Of a DNA stretch of 64,000 bases, positions 41,050 to 49,178 are shown piece after piece. Every line of letters begins with the position of its first letter. The first letter of the stretch is position 1. The stretch covers positions 1,012,721 through 1,076,720 of the forward strand of contig CAVRCM010000003.1 of NCBI GenBank assembly GCA_963719585.1, in the 5' to 3' direction. A model generated the notes under the pieces. The model saw only the letters and a list, made by a program, of their open reading frames with translations, was not told where the DNA came from and ran no database searches. This stretch comes from an uncultured Acidobacteriaceae bacterium. GTDB lineage: Bacteria; Acidobacteriota; Terriglobia; Terriglobales; Acidobacteriaceae. The position numbers and the translations under genes are program-made.

Positions 41050-41395
41050 ATGAGCGGAATGACAATTCTGTGCATCGAGGATCAGTTCGACAATATGGCA
41101 ACTCTCACCTGCATGCTGGAAGGGATTGGTTACGAAGTCATCGCGGCAACGCAATGCGAAACAGGCGATTGATCTTTTTGCAGACCAACCCGTCGACGGA
41201 GTGCTGTTGAAATATAACCTGCCCGACGCAGTTGGCACCAGCCTGCGTGCCGAGCTCAAAGCCATACGGCCTAATGTTCCCGTGTTGTTGTTCGATGGAA
41301 TCGGCAGCCAAACTCCGGTCATGCTGCGCTTTTTCGATGCATATCTCAGGAACATGGAACGCCTTGCAAGCGATTTAGGAGACTTGGAAGCATGA
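41050..41395 (+). pseudogene. Stand-alone receiver-like domain lacking the phospho-acceptor Asp; frame break near 41150
   Basis: TILCIEDQFDNMATLTCMLEGIGYEVIAAT continues in the next frame as NAKQAIDLFADQPVDGVLLKYNLPDAVG...VPVLLFDG...FDAYLRN. Lys occupies the usual Asp position (LLKYNLP versus LLDxxMP). The conserved Thr/Ser and Lys also appear replaced. Confidence 0.7.
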
Positions 41396-41824
41396 AAACA
41401 CAGCAAAAGACGATAAGAATGAATCACCTCAGAAATTCAGCGCTTCAAGCACATTCTCAAAGTTCGCCTGGAGCAGACGATAAGATCACTCGATCGATTG
41501 CACGACGAAACCCGAAGCATCGATTCTGACTCACCTTCTGACTCCGCCGATCAGTGCGTGCTCAGTCTCTCTCGGGAAGCGCTCTTCCACCAGAGTGGGG
41601 AACGACGCGTCATGGTTCGACGAATTGAAGCCGCTCTCAGCCGAATCAAGAAAAATAGTTTCGGAATTTGTATTGGCTGCGGCGACAGTATCAATTCCCG
41701 TCGGCTTGAGGCTCTCCCTTGGACGCAGTACTGTCTTGACTGCCAGGAGGATTTGGAGCGCAACCAGACATTAAGCCAAACCAGCCGGCCTCATCGCGAA
41801 GTTGCGTTAAGAAAAACGGGTTGA
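41392..41824 (+). pseudogene. DksA/TraR-family C4 zinc-finger protein; probable frame break near 41423-41432 (or non-canonical start)
   Basis: C4 finger CIGCGDSINSRRLEALPWTQYCLDCQ. The helical N-terminal region EIQRFKHILKVRLEQTIRSL lies upstream of the listed TTG 41498 and just after an in-frame TGA. ATG 41392 overlaps the receiver stop (ATGA) but is in another frame. Confidence 0.7.
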
Positions 41825-41869
41825 GTCAGCCGTCCGTCGAAAGATGAAGGATCAGGAAGGAGAAATATT

Positions 41870-42670
41870 ATGAACTCGATTCGTACCTTGCGAGTTCTTT
41901 CTTGCGCACTGGTCGCGACAATCTACGCGACAGTGTTTTCCACAATGTTCGCAACTCCATTGTTGGCTCAGACCGCAATCGACGCAGGTACAATCCTGCC
42001 GGTTCGTTTAAATTCTGAGCTCAATTCGCGCAAGGCCAGACCTGGACAGGTCATCAATGCGCGGCTCATGCAGGACATTCATCTCCCGTCAGGATCAACA
42101 CTTCACCCCGGCGCCAAAGTGATTGGCCACGTGATAAATGTTGAACGCGCCAAAGCTGCAAATGCCGCACAATTGTCCATCCGCTTCGATGCGCTGATTG
42201 TGTCCGGCCGGAGAATCCCCATCACCACGAATGTAAGAGCAATCGCATCGATGATGGATGTGGAGGACGCGCAAATTCCAGAATTTGGTCCTGACCGCGG
42301 CACACCGGAAAATGCCTGGACGACAGACCAGATCGGCGGCGAAGTGGTTTACCGCGGAGGCGGACCGGTTGCCAACGGCTGGCGCGCTGTCGGTCAGCCA
42401 ACCCCCAATGGCGTCCTGGCACAGGTCTCTGCCAAGCCTGGGACGAACTGCCGCGCTGACGTCGAAGGCAACGATCGGCCGCAAGCGCTTTGGTTGTTTT
42501 CCTCCGATGCCTGCGGAACCTACGGGTTCTCCGATTTAACAATCGTGCACGCGGGTCGAACCCATCCAGTTGGTCAGATCACATTCGCATCAGAGCGCGG
42601 CGACGTAAATATTAGGGCGGGCAGCGGAATTCTGCTGCGAGTAATCAGTACGACGCCTGATAACAGATGA
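41870..42670 (+). CDS. Secreted hypothetical protein
   Basis: GGAAGGAG precedes the ATG. Signal peptide LSCALVATIYATVFSTMFATPLLAQT. I recognise no family. Confidence 0.6.
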   Translation: MNSIRTLRVLSCALVATIYATVFSTMFATPLLAQTAIDAGTILPVRLNSELNSRKARPGQVINARLMQDIHLPSGSTLHPGAKVIGHVINVERAKAANAAQLSIRFDALIVSGRRIPITTNVRAIASMMDVEDAQIPEFGPDRGTPENAWTTDQIGGEVVYRGGGPVANGWRAVGQPTPNGVLAQVSAKPGTNCRADVEGNDRPQALWLFSSDACGTYGFSDLTIVHAGRTHPVGQITFASERGDVNIRAGSGILLRVISTTPDNR

Positions 42671-42812
42671 GGTCTGCCAACCATATCGGAGGTGGGCGCG
42701 GTAAGAACGGGCGAACATTGCTCAAACCGCCCGTCCTTCGCCGCGCGGTGTATAAAAGCTAGACCCACACATCGTGGAGGATTTCGTCAGATCGCTATAA
42801 TGAACGCAGCTC

Positions 42813-44402
42813 ATGCCCCGGCTTGCTTCCGCAACCCGCTGGCTGTTTGACGCGGAGCAAGGCCCTCGCGACCGCATGGCTCCGCGATGGCTTTTTCTGC
42901 GCGCCTTGGGCGGCATTTATTTTTCCGCATTTTTCTCTCTGGTATTTCAGATCCGTGGGCTCATCGGCCCGGATGGAATTCTCCCGGCAAACGAATATCT
43001 TCGAGCCGTAGTTCATTCGCTTGGTTACGGTCGCGGCTTATGGTTTGCTCCAACCCTTCTTTGGCTTTCGAGCGGCCCGCATATGCTCACCGCCTTGTGC
43101 TGGGTGGGCATGATTGCGTCATTACTGCTGATCGTGAATGTATGGCCGCGCGGAATGCTGGCGATCTGTTTCGTCTGCTTCCTTTCTTTTGTGAGCGCCG
43201 CGCAGGATTTCTCCAATTACCAGTCGGACGGAATGCTGCTCGAAGCGGGATTCATCGCCCTCTTCTTTGCTCCGCGCGGATTCCGCCCTGGCTTGGGTCT
43301 GACGTCACCGCCATCGCGCGCCAGTCTATTTCTGCTGCAATGGGAATGGTTCCGCATTTACTTCGAATCCGGTGTGGCAAAGATTATCGGAGGAGATCCC
43401 GAATGGCGCCACTTCACCGCCATGGATGAGTACTATCAAAATGGTCCGCTGCCTACGTGGATCGGTTGGTACGTGCAACACCTGCCGCACTGGTTTCACG
43501 CCGCGTCTGTCTTTGCCACTCTTGCGCTCGAGTTAGTCTTGGTTTGGATGTTATTTCTTCCGCGCCGCTGGCGCATCGTCTGTTTTTTGATTGTCACTCC
43601 CTGGGAACTGGGAATTATTCTTACTGCCAACTACACGTTTCTAAATTACCTCGTTCTGTCTTTAGGATTTCTTTTGCTGGATGATCGCTTTCTGCAGCGC
43701 TTCTTGCCGCAAAGGTGGGAGAAATATCTTCCCTTGGATTCAACACCCGAGCAAAGCCAAGCGCAAAGTTCAGGAAGCTTTATTCACTTCTTCAAATCGG
43801 TGCAACTATCTCTGACCGGCATTTTTCTAACTTGGATTTTCTACGCCACAACCGCGCAATTGATCTGGATGTTCTCCCCCGTGCCCCTGCCGATGTCGCC
43901 AGTAGCGGCGCTGGAGCCCTTGCGCATCGCCAACCGTTACGGGCTTTTCGGAATCATGACCCGAGGCCGCTACGAGATAGAGTTCCAGGGTTCCCAGGAT
44001 GGACAAAACTGGATCGCATATCCCTTCCGCTATAAGCCGCAGGATCCGGCGAAGCCGCCTGGCATCTACGCGCCTTATCAGCCGCGCTTCGATTGGAATC
44101 TGTGGTTTGCTTCGTTGGGCTCGTGGCAAGATTATCCCATCGTGCCCAGAACCGAAGTGCGTCTGCTTTCGAATGACAAAGACGTTCTCGCTCTGTTCGC
44201 GGACAATCCCTTTCCGAAAGAGCCGCCGCGGGAGATACGCGCGGTGCTGTGGCAATATTGGTTTACGTCGATGTCGGAAAAACGCAGTACGGGACTTTGG
44301 TGGCGGCGTCAATACCTGGGACTTTACGCTCCGGCGCTCACGCGCGAACCAGGAGGTCAAATTCGCGCCGTCGAATGGCCCACCGTGGCTCCTCGCGAGT
44401 GA
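42813..44402 (+). CDS. Lipase maturation factor (LMF1-like) family membrane protein
   Basis: The 529-aa polytopic N-terminal half (GIYFSAFFSLVFQIRGLIGPDGILPA, LLQWEWFRIYFESGVAKI, DEYYQNGPLPTW) and the soluble C-terminal half (YEIEFQGSQDGQNWIAYPFRYKPQDP...YQPRFDWNLWFA) match my memory of the LMF family. Confidence 0.75.
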   Translation: MPRLASATRWLFDAEQGPRDRMAPRWLFLRALGGIYFSAFFSLVFQIRGLIGPDGILPANEYLRAVVHSLGYGRGLWFAPTLLWLSSGPHMLTALCWVGMIASLLLIVNVWPRGMLAICFVCFLSFVSAAQDFSNYQSDGMLLEAGFIALFFAPRGFRPGLGLTSPPSRASLFLLQWEWFRIYFESGVAKIIGGDPEWRHFTAMDEYYQNGPLPTWIGWYVQHLPHWFHAASVFATLALELVLVWMLFLPRRWRIVCFLIVTPWELGIILTANYTFLNYLVLSLGFLLLDDRFLQRFLPQRWEKYLPLDSTPEQSQAQSSGSFIHFFKSVQLSLTGIFLTWIFYATTAQLIWMFSPVPLPMSPVAALEPLRIANRYGLFGIMTRGRYEIEFQGSQDGQNWIAYPFRYKPQDPAKPPGIYAPYQPRFDWNLWFASLGSWQDYPIVPRTEVRLLSNDKDVLALFADNPFPKEPPREIRAVLWQYWFTSMSEKRSTGLWWRRQYLGLYAPALTREPGGQIRAVEWPTVAPRE

Positions 44403-44482
44403 ACGCTCGCAGTGATTTTGTTTGAGTTGGTGTACGCGTCGAGCGAGCAAAGTCGTCGAGCATGCCGACCGGCTCATTTTTC

Positions 44483-45930
44483 CTAATGGGAGATCGGGAC
44501 AGCAGTGACCGTAAAAGGATCTTGACCATCTTCAACATCACTTGCAATCGATAATGCTCCGCTGGACGTGTCTATACTCATGGCCACAAGTTTGCCAGGA
44601 CTTGTACAAGGTGGAGAACCAACGCAATAGGAGTGTATGGCGAGCAAGAAATGGCCCGTCGGGTCCAGCGTAGCCCCCACAAGGTAATACTCTCCCGTCA
44701 GGAAGGGTGACCCCGTCACTTCGGTGAGATCACCGGAGGAAGGATCGATCCGAAAGACACGGATGCGGGGTGATTCGGCCGCATCGGACACCGGGGCGAA
44801 AAGCAGAGACCCATCGTTACTGACGATAAGCTGCACAAAACCATCCTGCAATGGCTTTCCGTTAGAGAGAACTTTCGTAACATAGGATCCGTTTCCGCCC
44901 ATGGCATATCTGAAGACACGGTTGCTGGCGAGATCCAATGCATAGACGAAGCTGCCGTCGGGCGTGGGTGCGAAGATGCCGGTACTAACCGTGTCGCCTG
45001 CGAAGTACTGCTCGCTGGTCAATTGCCCCACTGATCGAACGAAGCTGCTTAATTCATACGATGGGCTCGACTGCCCGGTTGAGGTCTGTAACAGAAACGC
45101 GCTTGTGTTGGCTAGCTGTAACACTTCACTGTTGCGGCATTCATCCGCACTCTCTTGGGCTGCGGTGCACGGGGCCGGAGGAGGTATCGTCTGCTCGATT
45201 GGCGGCAACGGGCTCAAGCCGCTGCTTTCGTCCACGAATCCAAATAAACCCAAATCTGTCGCGGCATAGACGAAGGTCTGATCACTGACCAGATTCACGG
45301 ACTGATTCATCGCGACGCTCACGGGAAGCCCTCTCTGTCTTAACGATCCATTCTCCCTTACGGCATAGGACTGCAGAGTCGACGTGGGCTCTCCACCGGC
45401 CCCAGGCAAGTCCATAACCAGACCGTGAGCGGTTCCGGTCATTAGGAGCGGCGGGAAAGTGCGGCCTGTCGCTTGTAATTGTCCGTCGGCAAGTAGGGCG
45501 AACTCAAAGGATTTCAAGGCGAACATATCGGCTGTGAAAACGTATGCCACCACATTCGTTCCATTGCCCGCCGGGGTGAAGATCGCGGTGACATTCTCTT
45601 TCGAAACCACGTTAAGGTCGCAGGTGTCATCCCTGAACAACTTCCCCTCCAGCCGCCAAAGAAATAACTGTCCCCCGGGGTTGCGCTTAACTCGACCTGT
45701 GTGTTCTGCGCGAAGTTGGCGCTGCACGTGGGTGGACATTGATGCCTGCCGGACTGCTGGTAACAATTCCCGCCCCCGCGGCGGGCCCGGCTACGGTCAC
45801 CCCAATCAGACGCAGCTGTCGTTTGCGACTGCGACATTGAAGCTGATCCCCCTCCGCAACTAGTCAGAAGAACGGCGGAGAGCGTGGACAGCGCGGCAAA
45901 AAATAAGAGCGCGACCTCAGCGGAATACAC
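44483..45930 (-). pseudogene. Lipoprotein with a Cys-containing bacterial repeat domain plus beta-propeller (lactonase-like); 3 frame breaks (~45800, ~45735, ~45630)
   Basis: Lipobox LLTSCGGG in one frame and VTVAGPAAGAGIVTSSPAGIN in a second. TCSANFAQNTQVELSATPGDSYFFGGWRGSCSG is back in the first frame, and DDTCDLNVVSKENVTAIFTP plus a 400-aa repeat body are in a third. Confidence 0.7.
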
Positions 45931-46174
45931 ATACCACCTTATGACAACCTACCGAAATCGATCGTTAGATGCCGTCTGCATTGCAGAGGTAGCTCATAAA
46001 AGCGAGCGGTTCAGCGCATCCGCCAGCCGTTCATCCCGTAAAACTAACGCTACTTGCCTTGCACCGCAACTACTTTCACGGCCACTTGAACGATCGAGGT
46101 AGCCTGAGGCGACAACCCTTTCACAAGACTTCTGCGTCACGATGGTGGGTTAAGCAGACTTTCTTTCGCGAGTT

Positions 46175-47591
46175 CTAACCGACACCCAACTTCGACAATG
46201 CCATCTTCGCCGCGTTATATCCGCACATGCCGTGCACTCCACCGCCCGGCGGAGTGGATGCCGAACACATGTAAATATTCCGAGCCGAGGTAGCATAGTG
46301 CCGCCATGTCGGTCGAAACAGAAACTGGCGACTGTCCATGACGCCACCTGCGATATCGCCTCCCACCAGGTTGGCATCCATGCTCTCAAGATCGGCTGGA
46401 GAAAACACACGGCGCGCCAAAATGCATTCACGAAAGCCGGGAGCGAAACGTTCAATCTGATTTTCCAGCCTCTCCAGCATGTTTACTTTGGATCCATTCG
46501 GCACGTGACAATAAGCCCACGCGGTATGTTTGCCGGCCGGAGCGCGTGAGCTATCGAATAAGCTGGGCTGGGCCAGCAGAACAAACGGATGCTCTGCATG
46601 CTGTCCGTTTCGAACCGCATCCTCCGAAGCGGCAATCTCCTCGAAGCTTCCGCCCAGATGCACGCTGGCTGCCCGCAGGCAATCAGCAGCCTTCCACGGG
46701 AATGGGTGCATTCAACGCGTAATCCACTTTGAAGGCGCCTGGGCCATAGCGAAATTTTTCCAAGCGCCGCCGGTAATCATCAGATAATTTCTCGCCACCA
46801 ACCGCGATGAGTTGACGTGGGGTCAAGTCACAAAGAATCAGGTCGTAGTCTTCCAACGCTGAAAGACTCTGCACCGGCGATAAAGTCTTCAGCGTGCCCC
46901 CCAGACCAGAGAGAATGCCGCACAGGGCCTGAGTAATTGCCTGCGCTCCACCTCGAGGAATCGGCCAACCCACGGCATGTGCTGGCACCGCCATCAGGAT
47001 TGCGAATGCTGCGCTCAATGGCTCGTCCAGACTAAGAAAAGAATGCGCCGCCAACCCCGCGAATAAAGCCCGCGTTCGTTCACTGCGAAACCGCCGGGCA
47101 ACAGCTCTCGCCGACCGCAACCCAACCATGCCAAAGCGCGCCATCAGCCACGGATGCCTCGGCATCAATGAAACCGGCCGCAAAATTTCCGGAGCAAATT
47201 CACTCCAATGCTCCACGAACGGACGCATGAGCTTGTCCCACGCCGCTCCGTCCACCCCAAACGACTTGATTGCTTCATCCAGGTCGCGTTCCAACATCAC
47301 CGCCGTTCCATCATCGAGCGGATGTGCCAAGGCAGCCGGGGAATGAATCCACTCCAATCCGTAGTCACTCAAACGCAGCGACGAGAAGAATGGTGAGCCT
47401 GCTCCGAGCGGATAAATTGCCGAACCGAAGTCATGACGAAATCCCGGCAAAGTCAGTTCGAGGGTTCGCACACCTCCGCCCAGCGTAGACTCCGCTTCCA
47501 GCACCTCCACTCGCACACCAGCCTGCGCCAGAACAATAGCGGCAGCCAGCCCATTAGGACCAGCGCCGACTACGCAGGCACTCCGGCTCAT
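46175..47591 (-). pseudogene. NAD(P)/FAD-dependent oxidoreductase, phytoene-desaturase (CrtI-like) family; frame break near 46695-46705
   Basis: Dinucleotide fold (VVGAGPNGLAAAIVLAQAGVRVEVLEA). ...FKVDYALNAPIP continues as WKAADCLRAASVHLGG...LAQPSLFDSSRAPAGKHTAWAYCHVP...STPPGGGVHGMCG. Confidence 0.85.
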
Positions 47592-47634
47592 TGAGATTCG
47601 CCTGGGAAACGTGATCGCAAAACATCACCCCTTC

Positions 47635-47895
47635 CTACATATTAGTCTTCAGGCCAGGAGGCGGTTCCGATAGCCAGCTTTTATACACTCGAGGCTTGAC
47701 TAAAAAGAAGGTACAGAACCCAGACCCTGGGAAAGAAAATACAAGATGGAAAACGTTCACGTGTGAATCCGAGCGGGCCAGACACCACGGTGCCGCCAGC
47801 CTATTTGCAGATACGCCGAGATAGCGCATCAACGCAATGAATGCCGCCATCAGCAGCGGCATCGCGACAGGCAGCGGAATCAGCGTGGTGATCAT
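47635..47895 (-). pseudogene. Probable 5' remnant of an Mrp/Mnh subunit D (or NuoL/N-like) gene
   Basis: Only the first ~25 codons (MITTLIPLPVAMPLLMAAFIAL) resemble the N-terminus of the gene that normally follows mnhC. The rest is non-homologous, and the next gene starts about 40 nt later. Confidence 0.3.
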
Positions 47896-47919
47896 CAGGG
47901 AACGGTTCGGTTGTTCAGT

Positions 47920-48267
47920 TTAGCCAGTCAGAATTTTCAAGTCTTCAGGATCGACAGTACCCGCCAGTTCATTGGCCTTGACGACCATGGAGAGTAACAA
48001 CGCCATCGCCGTAGCTTCGACCACAATGTCGGTCAGCATAAGGGCCTGCACGAGGGGATCCACGACGGCGGTGCCTACGGGGGTGTCGGCGAAAACCGGT
48101 GCCGTGCCGCCTGTCTTGTATCCAATGGCCAGCAATAGTACATCAGTCGATGTTTGAAGAACTGCCAGACACACGACCTGATTTACCAGGTTCTTGCTTG
48201 TTACTATGCCGTACAGGCCCCACAGAAAAATCCAGGCTGCTACCACATAAGGCAGATAGTTGAGCAT
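47920..48267 (-). CDS. Cation:proton antiporter subunit C (MnhC/MrpC, NuoK-like)
   Basis: ATG 48267 follows GAGGGGGAA. The 115-aa product has LFLWGLYGIVTSKNLVNQVVCLAVL and the diagnostic DPLVQALMLTDIVVEATAMALLL block. The listed 204-aa ORF is an upstream read-in. Confidence 0.8.
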   Translation of the reverse strand: MLNYLPYVVAAWIFLWGLYGIVTSKNLVNQVVCLAVLQTSTDVLLLAIGYKTGGTAPVFADTPVGTAVVDPLVQALMLTDIVVEATAMALLLSMVVKANELAGTVDPEDLKILTG

Positions 48268-48272
48268 AGCGA

Positions 48273-48404
48273 TTATTTCCCCCTCTGCTCTTCGATCACT
48301 TCTCGCAGGTAGCTCTGCATCAGCAAGACAAATCCGCCCGCAACCTCCCTCCCAACTGAAAGGCTGATGATGGCGATCGTTCCCGCGGCAACGCGGGTTA
48401 GGAG
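48273..48404 (-). pseudogene. Possible 3' remnant of the preceding Mrp subunit (MnhB-like)
   Basis: A 43-codon open stretch with no start codon (..AAGTIAIISLSVGREVAGGFVLLMQSYLREVIEEQRGK*) ends 5 nt before the mnhC ATG and is bounded upstream by TAG. Confidence 0.25.
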
Positions 48405-48527
48405 AGCTATCCGATTTTCCTTGACACGGTTTATTCAATCGGTGTAAAAGCGTTGGGTTCAAATAGAGCGAGCGCTCGTTTTGTAGAACCATTTTTGCGC
48501 TCGGAACCTTTTGCGCTCGGGACATAA

Positions 48528-49148
48528 ATGCCAAAGCTGCTTAGCGGAACCATAGAGAGGAACAAGCTCAAGATCGAGCGGGCCGCTCTGCAACTGTTTA
48601 CACGAAAAGGTTTTCATGGGACTACCGTCCGCGAAATTGCAAAGAAAGCGGGCGTGTCGATGGGCAAGCTCTATATCTACTACGACACGAAAGAAGACAT
48701 ATTCATCGACCTGGTTCATCATCTCGCCCGCAAGATGGAGGCCATTCGGCAGAAGGAGCTCATTCCCCTGATGGCATCGCTGGACCCCGATTCACTAAGA
48801 AAGCTGGCGAAAGCGATCGGACGCGTGGTCTCAGAAAATCTGGATTACTGGCGCCTGATGTATATCGATGTGGTTGAATTTCGCCACAAGCATTTCATCC
48901 ATAGCTTCCGCGAAATTGCTGGAGGCCTTCGGACTTACGCGAATGCCATGATTCGTGAATCGAAGGTCAAATTCCCTGCCGGAGTGGATCCCTCTCTCGC
49001 GTATACCGCCATCTATTTGCAGTTTTTCACTTACTTTCTGGCCGAGGAACTTTTCGGAGCTAAGCGGCACTTGGGCATGAGCAACGAAGAGGCCATCGAA
49101 CAACTCGTTCTTCTCTACACGGGAGGACGCGTGACCCGGGGTCAATGA
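48528..49148 (+). CDS. TetR/AcrR family transcriptional regulator
   Basis: N-terminal HTH (IERAALQLFTRKGFHGTTVREIAKKAGVSMGKLYIYY). 206 aa. Confidence 0.85.
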   Translation: MPKLLSGTIERNKLKIERAALQLFTRKGFHGTTVREIAKKAGVSMGKLYIYYDTKEDIFIDLVHHLARKMEAIRQKELIPLMASLDPDSLRKLAKAIGRVVSENLDYWRLMYIDVVEFRHKHFIHSFREIAGGLRTYANAMIRESKVKFPAGVDPSLAYTAIYLQFFTYFLAEELFGAKRHLGMSNEEAIEQLVLLYTGGRVTRGQ

Positions 49149-49178
49149 ATTTGCGGGAGAGCATAAAGGAGGACGATT

